A stretch of 64,000 bases of DNA, from contig CANQYV010000001.1 of NCBI GenBank assembly GCA_947628165.1, forward strand, positions 12,314 through 76,313, given 5' to 3'. The notes beneath the pieces are model-generated. The model did no database searches, was not told the origin of the DNA, and worked only from the letters and a program-made list of their open reading frames with translations. This stretch comes from an uncultured Clostridia bacterium (GTDB taxonomy: Bacteria; Bacillota; Clostridia; Oscillospirales; CAG-272). The position numbers and the translations under genes were made by a program. Positions 45,446-54,897 of this stretch are shown piece after piece (positions within the stretch are counted from its first letter, which is position 1; each line of letters begins with the position of its first letter).

Positions 45446-46728
45446 CTTTTATGTGCCTCCTCGGATATAAAAACAGCTGATATAATTTTTGAAAGTGTTA
45501 GTCTGTTCCTCACATACGGTGAGAAATAAAGAGAAAGTTTTGTGAATTTGTCGTTATCGGGAAGAGATATCTCATCAAGCGCGGCGGGACATCCGCATGA
45601 GCGGAGCAGATCCCGTATCTTTTCCGGTGCGGGCAGGCTTTCAATAAGCCGACCTATTTCTTCGGCATGTGCCGTCAACGAGTTATTGCCTAACTTTGCG
45701 ATAACAGACGAGCCTTTGCCGTTTGGAATATTTTCTTTGATTATGCCGTCAGTCAACGAACCGTATACGGGGCGTATGACATCGTCACTGAAAATTATGC
45801 TTTCGTCTATATCAAACGGCTTATCTATGATATCGGCATTTGACTTTAAATGCAACAGCATAAGAGCCGTGCCGACCGCTACTTTTTCGCCGTGGAGCGC
45901 GTCCGTCGGCTCGTTTGCCGCGTGCATCTCCCAAAAATGTGACATATGATGCTCGGATCCGGACGCGGGTCTTGAGTTTCCCGAAAGCTGCATGCAGAGC
46001 CCAGACAAGAGAAGTCCGTTCATCACGAGCAGGGGAAGCTTCGGGTCGTCGGCGTTGTTTTCTGCGGCGTAGATTATTCCTCCGAGAGCTTCCTTCATCA
46101 TGGAGTAAATCGGGGAGCAGAGCGGCTCGCCCGTGAGTATGTTCGATATTTTCCAGTCAAAAAGCGCCGTTATCTTTCCGATCATGTCCCCGATGCCGGA
46201 AGCCGTAAGTTTTCTCGGCGCCGACGAGAAAACAGCCGGTTCCGCGAAAAGGGCGACGGGAGAGCTTGACGGGTACGTCAGCTTCTGCCCGTACATCGTC
46301 ATCGCGGCGACGCCCGAAACAAAGCCGTCGACGCTCGCTGCGGTCGGGTATGAGATGAAAGGCGTGCCGATCTCATGCGCGCAGTACCTGACGATATCGT
46401 GTACCGAGCCCGAGCCGCAGGCGATCATTGCCGAGGGCGCGCCGCTTGCTTTTATGTAGGATGAAAGGCGGGCAGTCTCGATCTCGTTTGCGTGCGCGTT
46501 ACCAGGGAGGGTAAACGCGCGGCAGCCGACGGAAGAGATTATCGGCAACGCGTATTTTTCCGTATTTTCATCGGATACAACGAGAATGTCTTTTGCGGAA
46601 AAATTCTTTTTAAGGTAAGAGATCAGAAGCTCCGTCGCGCCGTCGCGGCACTCGAGCACGGACGTTTTTATCGCGTGCTTCTGCCCGCACGGACATGATG
46701 CGACGAGTTTCTGCGCTTCTTTCAGCAT
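45442..46728 (-). CDS. sn-glycerol-1-phosphate dehydrogenase-family (AraM/EgsA-like) iron-containing alcohol dehydrogenase superfamily protein
   Basis: ACGSGSVHDIVRY nucleotide-binding loop. GIGDMIGK, SGSEHHMSHFWEM and HGEKVAVG metal-ligand motifs. Confidence 0.7.
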   Translation of the reverse strand: MLKEAQKLVASCPCGQKHAIKTSVLECRDGATELLISYLKKNFSAKDILVVSDENTEKYALPIISSVGCRAFTLPGNAHANEIETARLSSYIKASGAPSAMIACGSGSVHDIVRYCAHEIGTPFISYPTAASVDGFVSGVAAMTMYGQKLTYPSSSPVALFAEPAVFSSAPRKLTASGIGDMIGKITALFDWKISNILTGEPLCSPIYSMMKEALGGIIYAAENNADDPKLPLLVMNGLLLSGLCMQLSGNSRPASGSEHHMSHFWEMHAANEPTDALHGEKVAVGTALMLLHLKSNADIIDKPFDIDESIIFSDDVIRPVYGSLTDGIIKENIPNGKGSSVIAKLGNNSLTAHAEEIGRLIESLPAPEKIRDLLRSCGCPAALDEISLPDNDKFTKLSLYFSPYVRNRLTLSKIISAVFISEEAHKR

Positions 46729-46827
46729 TTTTACGGCTCCTTTTTACCGTGCGCCGTCATATTCGGGCGAACGGGAAAATATATATGTATCAAAATGGCG
46801 TACACCGATATGGGGAGGTTTTGTTTT

Positions 46828-47391
46828 ATGTTTGTTTATGCCGTTCACGGAAATACCGTCAAATTCTTCGGTATCATCGGGATATCGATATTAACGCTTG
46901 CTCTGCTCATCGTTTTTCTGCCGAAGGACGGCGGAGCCGCGTCTCCCGTGACGCCCAATGAGCAGGCGACGCCGTCGCAGGTTGAGGTGCCGAAGGGGGA
47001 TGCCGACAAAGAGGCATCGAAAACCGTCAGCTTTGAAAAAATCAAGACGAACGAAGAACGCATAGCGCTTATCAAGAGCTTCGGCTGGGAGGTCGAGGGG
47101 ACGCCCGCCGAGGAGGCGAAGGTCACGATCCCCGCGGAATTTGACCGCGTGATGGAGAACTACAACAAGATCCAGCTCCAACAGGGATTCGACCTTTCCA
47201 AATACCGCAACCGCGACATGATGCGGTACACATACCGCATAACGAACTATCCCGATTACGAAGGCACCGTATACTGCAATCTTTTGATCTACAAAAACCG
47301 CGTTGTCGCGGCGGACATCTGCTCCTCCGACGTGAACGGCTTTATCGCCGGGCTTACCGGAAAGAGCGGCAGCGAGCTCGGGCAGGGATGA
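46828..47391 (+). CDS. DUF4830-like membrane-anchored protein
   Basis: ATG 46828 follows a GGGAGG RBS (the track ORF opens at 46795). One TM helix. FGWEVEGTPAEEAKVTIPAEFDRVMENYNKIQ ... YTYRITNYP. Confidence 0.6.
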   Translation: MFVYAVHGNTVKFFGIIGISILTLALLIVFLPKDGGAASPVTPNEQATPSQVEVPKGDADKEASKTVSFEKIKTNEERIALIKSFGWEVEGTPAEEAKVTIPAEFDRVMENYNKIQLQQGFDLSKYRNRDMMRYTYRITNYPDYEGTVYCNLLIYKNRVVAADICSSDVNGFIAGLTGKSGSELGQG

Positions 47392-47469
47392 CGTTTCCTT
47401 GCCGGAACCTCAGTGACTACAATATTATAATGTATATGAAGACAAAAATCAACAGACGTTTTTTTAAAG

Positions 47470-47498
47470 TTGAAAGTTAGTGAAAAATGTTGTATACT
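47470..47498 (+). promoter_or_regulatory. candidate promoter for the downstream methyltransferase leader
   Basis: TTGAAA, 17 nt, TATACT. Confidence 0.45.
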
Positions 47499-47531
47499 AA
47501 AGGTGCGGAAGGCTTCCGCACCTTTAATTTT
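47499..47531 (+). terminator. stem-loop terminator of the DUF4830-like gene, abutting the next promoter
   Basis: 12-bp perfect stem aaaggtgcggaa / ttccgcaccttt with loop ggc, followed by aatttt. Confidence 0.5.
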
Positions 47532-47705
47532 GACGAATGATTTAAAGCCATAATTAAAAAAGAAGCCCTCATTTGAATCCAAAAATGTGGAAAATGCATA
47601 AAAACCGTTTTTCTGCAAAAACGGGGGCTTCGGCGCGAAAATCGGTCGGCACAGCCGAAGCGGCATCCCGACATCATCAAAAAGAGCATCCCGGAGGACA
47701 AAAAT

Positions 47706-48860
47706 ATGGAATACGAACTTTGCGCAACGTGCCTTTTCGGACTTGAGCATTCGCTCGGCGAGGAGATAGACGCGCTCGGATACAGGCGGCGCGAGACTAT
47801 CGACGGCAGGGTGTATTTTTCGGGCGGCGAGGACGCAATAGCAAGGATGAATATATTCTCCCGATATGCGGAGCGCATTCTCATCGTCGTCGGCAGCTTT
47901 GACGCCGTGACGTTCAACGACCTTTTCGAGGGGACGAAGGCGCTGCCTTGGGAGCGCTATATTGGAAAAAACGACAAGTTCCCCGTAAAGGGGCACAGCA
48001 TAAAAAGCACGCTCTTTTCCGTGCCGGACTGCCAGCGCATAATAAACAAAGCCGTCGCGGACAGGCTGTCGGCACGACACGGCGTGACCGTTCTGCCCGA
48101 AACCGGGGTGCTCTGTCAGATCGATTTTTTCCTTTTCAAGGACCGCGCGGCGCTTATGATAGACACGAGCGGCGCGCCGCTCCACAAAAGGGGATACCGC
48201 CCCGAATCAAACGATGCTCCGCTCCGCGAGACGCTCGCCGCAGAGCTCGTCAATATCTCGCGTCCGCGCGAGGACGTCCTCTTCTGGGACCCTATGTGCG
48301 GCTCGGGAACTATCGCCATCGAGGCGGCGATGAGGATGATGAATATAGCCCCCGGCGCAAAGAGATATTTTGCCGCAGAAAAGTTCCCGTATCTTCCGCG
48401 CGAGCTTTGGCGGCGCGCGAGGGAAGAGGCGGCGGCATCCGTCAGAAAAACGGATTTTGAAGCTTACGCTTCGGACATCGACCCCGCATGCGTTGAGCTT
48501 ACGGAGGCGAATGTGCGCCGCGCGGGCGTTTCCGCCTGTGTGAAGGTCTTCCGCAAGGACGCGCTCGAGATAAAGACGGATGGCAGGCGCGGGACTATCG
48601 TCTGCAACCCGCCTTACGGCGAGCGGATGATGACCCCCGAGCAGGCGGCGGAGCTTTACCGCCGAATGGGGGAGCATTTCAGGACGCTTGACAGCTGGCA
48701 GATTTACATCATTTCATCGAGCGAGGATTTCCCGCGGCTCTACGGCGCGCGGCCCGACAAAACGAAAAAGCTCTATAACGGGATGATCCCATGCCGTTAT
48801 TACCAGTATTTCAGACGTCACGACGGCGAGCGCGGAGGAAGTAAGTATGGAAAACGATAA
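47706..48860 (+). CDS. THUMP-domain class I SAM-dependent RNA methyltransferase (COG0116/RlmL-like)
   Basis: GGAGG RBS. DPMCGSGTIAIEAA SAM-binding motif and NPPYGERM catalytic motif. Confidence 0.85.
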   Translation: MEYELCATCLFGLEHSLGEEIDALGYRRRETIDGRVYFSGGEDAIARMNIFSRYAERILIVVGSFDAVTFNDLFEGTKALPWERYIGKNDKFPVKGHSIKSTLFSVPDCQRIINKAVADRLSARHGVTVLPETGVLCQIDFFLFKDRAALMIDTSGAPLHKRGYRPESNDAPLRETLAAELVNISRPREDVLFWDPMCGSGTIAIEAAMRMMNIAPGAKRYFAAEKFPYLPRELWRRAREEAAASVRKTDFEAYASDIDPACVELTEANVRRAGVSACVKVFRKDALEIKTDGRRGTIVCNPPYGERMMTPEQAAELYRRMGEHFRTLDSWQIYIISSSEDFPRLYGARPDKTKKLYNGMIPCRYYQYFRRHDGERGGSKYGKR

Positions 48861-49608
48861 TTCGGGACTCTTTTCGGATATTGTCAGAATAGTATTTCTT
48901 ATCGCGCTCTGCGGCGTCGTTGTTTTCGGCGGGGTTTTTATTATACTCGGCTGGGCGGACGGCGCGCTCGAGCTCATCATCCGCGCGAGCGTTGCCGCGA
49001 GCTTAAGCGTTGCCGTTTACGGCGGAGCCGCGCTCATTTACGCGGCAGCTGCCTCCGCCGCGAGGCGGCGCGAGCGCGCATGGGAGGTCAGCAGGGATAA
49101 TCTGCTCGTCCCGGGACCCGCTTCATATTTTGTGCCGTGCACAGCCATTGTCTTTTTCGTCTCGATTTGGGGCATTGCAATGTTCGGCTACGGACAGGAG
49201 ATGGTTGAGTATGTGAAGGAGCAGCTGCAAAGCGGATCTCCCGACGCGTCTGTCGTGACGTTTCTTGTGTCCGCGCTGACGGGGCCGTTCGGCGTCATAT
49301 CACTCTTCTGGCTCGCGTTCAGCAGCATTTCCTATGACGGCACAGGCGTCCGCATATGTAAGCCTCTCGCGCGGCCAATGGCTTTTTCATGGTATGAGGT
49401 CTCGGGCGTGAAGTATATCGACAAGAAAAACGCCGTGACATTCTTCTTTTCATTCAGAGAAGCAGACGAGAGGCGCGCCTCTGTCTCTGTTTTCGTCTAT
49501 GAAAAGCAACAATGGGCAGAGTTTATAAAGGCCGTCGACGACGCCGTGGACAAATTCGGCATTGAGGTCATACCCGAGCACGGCAGGCGGAAAAGGACGA
49601 ACATATAA
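48847..49608 (+). CDS. hypothetical membrane protein
   Basis: Four hydrophobic segments and a soluble C-terminal ~80 aa. It overlaps the upstream gene by 14 nt. Confidence 0.5.
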   Translation: MENDNSGLFSDIVRIVFLIALCGVVVFGGVFIILGWADGALELIIRASVAASLSVAVYGGAALIYAAAASAARRRERAWEVSRDNLLVPGPASYFVPCTAIVFFVSIWGIAMFGYGQEMVEYVKEQLQSGSPDASVVTFLVSALTGPFGVISLFWLAFSSISYDGTGVRICKPLARPMAFSWYEVSGVKYIDKKNAVTFFFSFREADERRASVSVFVYEKQQWAEFIKAVDDAVDKFGIEVIPEHGRRKRTNI

Positions 49609-49616
49609 AAAGACAG

Positions 49617-49657
49617 GGCGTGTGAGAAATTCCTTGAGCTTTTCTCACACGCCTTTT
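49617..49657. terminator. bidirectional intrinsic terminator between convergent genes
   Basis: 13-bp perfect stem ggcgtgtgagaaa / tttctcacacgcc followed by ttttc. Confidence 0.75.
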
Positions 49658-49662
49658 CATTA

Positions 49663-51072
49663 TTATTTCTTTTTGCACCGCAGAAAGAGCTTTCCGAGCG
49701 CGCGGCCGTTCCACGGAATAAGAGGGTAAAGATAGCTCTTGCCGCACACGCCCTTCATCGTCAGAAGAAGGACGAGAATGACAATAAGCCCGCCGCAGAA
49801 GCCCCATATGCCGAAAAGCGCCGTCAGCAAAAGCAGCATGAGGCGGAAATACTTGAATGCGTATCCGAGCTCATAATTCGACTGCGTGAAGTTCGAGATG
49901 GCGGTGAATGCCATGTAGAATATGACCTCCGGCACGAGCCAGCCCGTCTCGATCGCAAAGTCGCCGAGCAAAAGACCGCCTATGATGGAGAGCGAGTTCG
50001 ACATTGTCGACGGCGTCGTAAGCGAGGCGAGCTTCAGCACGTCAAGGGCGAACTCTGTCAGGAAAAGCTGTACGATTATCGGCAGCGCGCCGAGCTCGTT
50101 CGGAAGGATAAAATGAAGCCATGAGGGAAGATATTCCGAGTGGGTGATGAGAAGATACCAAAGCGGCGTTATGAAGATGGTGGACGCGAAAACGAGCATC
50201 CTTATGATGCGAAGATACGAGCCTGTGAACGGCGGAAAATAGAAGTCGTTCGTCTCCTGTAAAAAGTCGAATATAGATGTCGGCAAAAGCATCGCTTCCG
50301 GCGAGGTATCGCAGAGAACGGCAACGCCGCCTTCGAGCAGATGCGCCGCCGTCGCGTCCGGACGCTCCGTCAGGCGCACCTTGGGGAACGGATTATACCA
50401 CTGTCGGCGGCAGAGCGCCTCCGTCAGCGACTGATGACCGAGCGGGAGCGCGTCCGTGTCTGCGTTCTCAAGCTGAGAGGAGAGCCTGTTTACAAAATCG
50501 ATGTCGGCAACGCCGTCGATATAGGCGACGACGACGTCAGTTTTTGATTTCCTTCCGACGCAGATATACTTCATCGTCAGCCGTGTGTCGCGTATCCTGC
50601 GGCGTATCAGCGCCGTGTTGAAGATGAGCGTCTCAACAAAGCCGTCGCGCGCGCCGCGCATCACGCGGTCGTTCTCGGCGTCCTGCGTGTCGCGCGAGGG
50701 GTACGAGCGCAGGTCTATGACAATCGCTTCGCCCGCGAAGCCGTCCGTCACCATGAGGCAGCAGCCGCCGAGCACTGAGCGCACGATGTCGTCTCCGTTC
50801 GTCGTGACGTCGACCTCGACGTCCGGCAGGTGGACCGCCGCGAAGCGCGCGGCGGCGCCGGGCTGTCCGTCGCCGAGGTCTGAAAGCCCGACGAGGAACA
50901 TCAACAGCTTTTGCAGCTCGCCGCCTTTTATGAACCCGTCTATATAATAGAGCACGCCCGTGTGACCGCCCGCCTCGATCTGCCGCTTTATCATATCGAA
51001 ATTAGAATCGACGAGAAGCGTTTCGTCTATCGATTTTACGGTCGCGTCGAGGTCGCCCGATATGTTTATCAT
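49663..51072 (-). CDS. GerA-family spore germination protein (SpoVAF/GerAA-like)
   Basis: A soluble N-terminal half (YYIDGFIKGGELQKLL ... PSRDTQDAENDRVMRGARDGFVE) and a C-terminal half with about five TM helices, as in GerAA/SpoVAF. AAAGGGGG RBS. Confidence 0.75.
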   Translation of the reverse strand: MINISGDLDATVKSIDETLLVDSNFDMIKRQIEAGGHTGVLYYIDGFIKGGELQKLLMFLVGLSDLGDGQPGAAARFAAVHLPDVEVDVTTNGDDIVRSVLGGCCLMVTDGFAGEAIVIDLRSYPSRDTQDAENDRVMRGARDGFVETLIFNTALIRRRIRDTRLTMKYICVGRKSKTDVVVAYIDGVADIDFVNRLSSQLENADTDALPLGHQSLTEALCRRQWYNPFPKVRLTERPDATAAHLLEGGVAVLCDTSPEAMLLPTSIFDFLQETNDFYFPPFTGSYLRIIRMLVFASTIFITPLWYLLITHSEYLPSWLHFILPNELGALPIIVQLFLTEFALDVLKLASLTTPSTMSNSLSIIGGLLLGDFAIETGWLVPEVIFYMAFTAISNFTQSNYELGYAFKYFRLMLLLLTALFGIWGFCGGLIVILVLLLTMKGVCGKSYLYPLIPWNGRALGKLFLRCKKK

Positions 51073-51154
51073 GAAAAGCCCCCTTTACCGAAGAAGGAAG
51101 ATAAATACATTATATCTTTCCGCGGCAAAGGGGGCTTTATTCATTCGGAGGAGG

Positions 51155-53407
51155 TTATTTTACGATGTCGGGCACATCACCTCTGAGGAACCACGTCTGA
51201 TAGCTGTCCGGGGCGACGACAATGTCGTCGTAGATCTGATATTCGACCGACGGATCATATTTCGAATCGTCGGGATACTTATCCGCATCAAAGTCGTCGT
51301 TTGTATAAGACTTGTAACCGAAGGTATTGTACTCGACGATGACGGAATAGTCCGCATCCGTTTTTGTCAGGGGAGAGATGTTTCTCCCGTTGAGGCTTGC
51401 GAGAGACGGCAGGATCTTTTCTATATCCGCCTGACTTTCGTATTTTGTCACCTCGCCGGTCTTGACATTGTAGACCTTGATGCACCTGACGCATTTTGCG
51501 ACGGATTTTATATACTCGTCATAAGTGAGGGAAGAGAGTATTCGCGGCACGTCGTTGGTGTATATAAATCTCGACAGCATGTTAAGGTCTACATACGGTA
51601 AAGAATCGTTGTAGTCATAGGCGACCTCGAGCAGCTTCCGAAGATCTTCAAAGCAGAGAGGAAACTGCGAATAATCGTAATACTCGTTGTACTCGCCATA
51701 CTTCGATGTCTGCGTTGTCAGATATCCTATCGTCTGGCGCTGATAAAAATCTTTTGAATTCGGCGTCAGAAGTTCTTTAAGCAGGACCGAATAAATCGGC
51801 TTGCTTGCTTCCTGGTTCACCTCCGCCTCTATAAAAACGTCTCGGAGCTTCTCTTTCGGAACAGACGATTCCGTTTTATCGTTAATGAAAACGGAGCTTG
51901 AAGCCGAAAACCTCATATTAAGGTCTTGTGAGTATGAGAAGTCTAAATTATCTCTTCCATACAGTGTGTCGCTGTCAAGTATAACGTCTATTATCGGCTC
52001 GATATATTTATAGTTGACGGAGTAAAACCTGTATCGAAGCGGTATGCCGAAGGGTGTGTCATAGCTGACGCTCAGGGAAGTCACACGGGTTCCGAAGTTG
52101 TCATCTTCTATTATCGCGCCTACCGGTGTTTTTTCATCGTTTTTCAATACCGAAATATAATCCTTTATCGCCTGGCGGACGTTTTTCACATCATCTTTTT
52201 CCGTAAACGTCACAGAGTCAGCGTCGCCGAAGTTGACTGTTACCCTCCCTGAGACGGGGACCGAGTAGTCGAAAATACCGAACATTCCCGTGGCAAAGAT
52301 GAGAGCCGCGACGCACGCCGACGCCGAATAGATGAGCATCCCGCGCCTGTGGGAGAACATCGCCTTTGCGGAGCGGTTAAGGACGGTATTGCAGAGCATG
52401 AATGAAAGCAGGAGCCCGACAAGGAAGCCTATTATGCGCCATGCCTCGCTCGCGTCGAAAAACTCGCCGAATATCTCCGACATAAGGACGGCGGAGGGCC
52501 CGATGATGATATATTTGACCGCTTCCGAGAGCGGCGCGTATATTATCGGCGTTCCCGTGCGCTCGACGGGGCGCTTTTTGTACGCGAAGAACGCGAGCGC
52601 AAACGCGCCTGCCGCGACGAGAATGTCAATTATGACGAGCAGCCACAGCGGCGTTCGTGAAAAACTCGGGCCGCCCGTCACCGATATGGCGCGGAAGACG
52701 GGAGACATACAGTTGTAAGCCTCAAGACTGCCCATCATCGAGCCGACGTCAAGATATCTGACGCCGTGGCGCAGGAGCATCAGGACGGAAATATACATCG
52801 CCGGGATGAAGAAGAGCAGAAACAGCGTCATTATCGCGTGTATCGCCGTCGTCCCCGAAACGGAGCCCGCAAGCATAGTGAACGACAGAAAGACGATGAA
52901 GTAGAACACGCCGAGCAGTAGAGCCGAGAGCAGCGGCCACACGACCTCGGCGTAGAGCCGTCCGTTCGCCGCGAAGACGAGCAGGACGAGCACGAAGTTT
53001 GTGACAGCGCCCAAAATATACGAGACGGCGGAGGAGAATATCACGGAGATGAAGTGCCCCGAGCGGCGCTCGGGCAGGCTGTGGAAGAACACCGCGCTCG
53101 TTTTGTTGTGCATCGGCGCGAAGAAGTAGCAGCCCGCGAATATTGCGGAAAGGCACGACAGCACGACGAACGTAGCCCTGAGCGAAACGGCATAATTCAA
53201 GACGCGTTCGAGTATATCCTCATGCGACATATAATGGTCACGGGCTCCGAGCGAGGAGATATACATCATCGACTGGATCGTGAAAAAGAGCATGAATACG
53301 ATAAAGATGAGCATCGCGACGGACCAGCCGCGCTTGGCTTTGCCGAGCATATAACGGCCCGTCACAAAATGCGGGCGGCGCTCACTCAATGATTTTTTTT
53401 GCGTCAT
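51155..53407 (-). CDS. large ABC-associated permease-like membrane protein (750 aa)
   Basis: About 350 N-terminal residues of hydrophobic helices are followed by a ~380-aa soluble domain. It overlaps the upstream ATPase gene. Confidence 0.55.
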   Translation of the reverse strand: MTQKKSLSERRPHFVTGRYMLGKAKRGWSVAMLIFIVFMLFFTIQSMMYISSLGARDHYMSHEDILERVLNYAVSLRATFVVLSCLSAIFAGCYFFAPMHNKTSAVFFHSLPERRSGHFISVIFSSAVSYILGAVTNFVLVLLVFAANGRLYAEVVWPLLSALLLGVFYFIVFLSFTMLAGSVSGTTAIHAIMTLFLLFFIPAMYISVLMLLRHGVRYLDVGSMMGSLEAYNCMSPVFRAISVTGGPSFSRTPLWLLVIIDILVAAGAFALAFFAYKKRPVERTGTPIIYAPLSEAVKYIIIGPSAVLMSEIFGEFFDASEAWRIIGFLVGLLLSFMLCNTVLNRSAKAMFSHRRGMLIYSASACVAALIFATGMFGIFDYSVPVSGRVTVNFGDADSVTFTEKDDVKNVRQAIKDYISVLKNDEKTPVGAIIEDDNFGTRVTSLSVSYDTPFGIPLRYRFYSVNYKYIEPIIDVILDSDTLYGRDNLDFSYSQDLNMRFSASSSVFINDKTESSVPKEKLRDVFIEAEVNQEASKPIYSVLLKELLTPNSKDFYQRQTIGYLTTQTSKYGEYNEYYDYSQFPLCFEDLRKLLEVAYDYNDSLPYVDLNMLSRFIYTNDVPRILSSLTYDEYIKSVAKCVRCIKVYNVKTGEVTKYESQADIEKILPSLASLNGRNISPLTKTDADYSVIVEYNTFGYKSYTNDDFDADKYPDDSKYDPSVEYQIYDDIVVAPDSYQTWFLRGDVPDIVK

Positions 53408-54290
53408 ATCCTATGCCCTCCATTTCTGAAATGAATATTTCCTCGAGCGTAAGCGGTATTACCTCGCAGTAGATGGGAGAAGCCGCGGAAAGCGTCTCCG
53501 TTATCTCGTCCTCGCCGCCGCGGCAGACGATCGTGTGGAGCCTGCCGTGCGTCTCATGCGACACGACGTCAAGGCGGGAAAGCGCCTCCGTCGGGTCGAG
53601 CTCAAACACGGCCTGTACCTTGTGTATTGTCAGCTTCATATCGTCAAGCTCGCGGTCTATCATGATCTCGCCTCGGTGAAGCAGGCAGATGTGATCCGTC
53701 ATATCCTCGAGCTCGCGCAGATTGTGCGTCGAGATTATCGCCGTCAGCCCGCCCTCGGCAACGCTTTCCGCTATCATGCGGCGGACAAGCTGGCGCATGA
53801 CGGGGTCTATCCCGTCAAACGTTTCGTCGCAGAGCAGATATTTCGGGCGGACGGAGAGTCCGAGCAAAAGGGAAGACTGCTTCTGCATGCCTTTCGAGAA
53901 TGTGTTTATCTTGCGTTCGCGGTCAAGACCGAACATATCGGTCATTTTCATGTAGAGCCCATCGTCGAACGTATCATATGTGCTGCGGTAGAACGCCCTC
54001 ATGTCCGAAAGCGTGGAATGCGGCAGAAAATACTGCTCGTCCGAAAGGTAGACGATACTCTGCTTTTTTTCGTAATTTTCGTAAACGGGCTCCCCGTCGT
54101 AAAGAACGCTGCCGGAGTCCGGCTTGAAAACGCCGCACATTATGCGCAGAAGCGTCGATTTGCCGCTCCCGTTCGAGCCTATAAGACCGAATATCGAGCC
54201 GTCGGAAACCTTTGTCGAGACGCCGCGAAGCGCGTCGACCCCGCCGAAATTCTTCTTTATATCCTTGATGTCGATCATTTGACGAACCAC
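53382..54290 (-). CDS. ABC transporter ATP-binding protein
   Basis: Walker A GSNGSGKST, signature FSKGMQKQ, Walker B LLCDETFDGIDP. Confidence 0.9.
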   Translation of the reverse strand: MVRQMIDIKDIKKNFGGVDALRGVSTKVSDGSIFGLIGSNGSGKSTLLRIMCGVFKPDSGSVLYDGEPVYENYEKKQSIVYLSDEQYFLPHSTLSDMRAFYRSTYDTFDDGLYMKMTDMFGLDRERKINTFSKGMQKQSSLLLGLSVRPKYLLCDETFDGIDPVMRQLVRRMIAESVAEGGLTAIISTHNLRELEDMTDHICLLHRGEIMIDRELDDMKLTIHKVQAVFELDPTEALSRLDVVSHETHGRLHTIVCRGGEDEITETLSAASPIYCEVIPLTLEEIFISEMEGIGYDAKKIIE

Positions 54291-54649
54291 TCCTTTCTGA
54301 TTATCTCCTCGGCCTCCTCAAACGACATCCCAAAATCGTGAGCCTCCTTTGCCGCCGCCGAGAGCGCGCGGCGAAGCTCCTCCCGCTTGGCGCTGTGCGC
54401 GGCGTCTATCTCGTCGGAGACAAAGCTGCCGCGGCCGGGAGACGAATATATCATTCCCCGACGCTCAAGCTCGGCATAAGCCTTGTGTATAGTGTTCGGA
54501 TTGATGCCGAGCTCCTGCGCCATCTGACGGACGCTCGGGATGCTGTCGTTGGGCTTGAGGATGCCGCGCAGGATGAGCGAGCTTACGTTTTCGACGAGCT
54601 GCTCGTATATGGGCTTTCTGCTTTTGAAATCGACGAAGAATAAGCTCAT
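54275..54649 (-). CDS. GntR-family transcriptional regulator, YtrA subfamily
   Basis: KPIYEQLVENV ... LPSVRQMAQELGINPNTIHKAYAELERRGMIYSSPGRGSFV. The short C-terminal domain is typical of the YtrA type. ATG 54649 chosen within the track ORF. Confidence 0.85.
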   Translation of the reverse strand: MSLFFVDFKSRKPIYEQLVENVSSLILRGILKPNDSIPSVRQMAQELGINPNTIHKAYAELERRGMIYSSPGRGSFVSDEIDAAHSAKREELRRALSAAAKEAHDFGMSFEEAEEIIRKEWFVK

Positions 54650-54694
54650 TTTTCCCGTCACACTCCTTTCCCGTTCCGTTCTGCTGTACGCGCT

Positions 54695-54723
54695 ATAGTG
54701 TACTGTTCGTAATAGTACACTAT
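54695..54723. promoter_or_regulatory. candidate GntR operator
   Basis: 10-bp inverted repeat ATAGTGTACT / AGTACACTAT with a 9-nt spacer, directly downstream of the -10 of the operon promoter. Confidence 0.5.
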
Positions 54724-54724
54724 C

Positions 54725-54753
54725 ATAATACACCCGATGTCGCCGTATGTCAA
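54725..54753 (-). promoter_or_regulatory. promoter of the GntR-ABC operon
   Basis: The minus strand reads TTGACA, 17 nt, TATTAT. Confidence 0.55.
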
Positions 54754-54811
54754 GTGTATTTTCATTATTTCACGCAGTTTTTTATTTTTTTTCGCAAACG
54801 GGAAAATGCTC

Positions 54812-54840
54812 TTGAAAAACGCGGACGGATATAATATAAT
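54812..54840 (+). promoter_or_regulatory. promoter of yajC
   Basis: TTGAAA, 17 nt, TATAAT. Confidence 0.55.
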
Positions 54841-54897
54841 AGTGCCATACGAAAAACGAAAGGAAACCCGGGAGCAAGAATCCCGAAAGACAAAGAA

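Noticed and set aside
47470-47531. A consensus-like promoter immediately followed by a perfect 12-bp hairpin plus T-run, considered as a tiny sRNA gene.
   Set aside because: The predicted start (~47505) falls inside the left arm of the hairpin, so that transcript could not form it. The simpler reading is that the terminator of the upstream gene abuts the promoter of the next.
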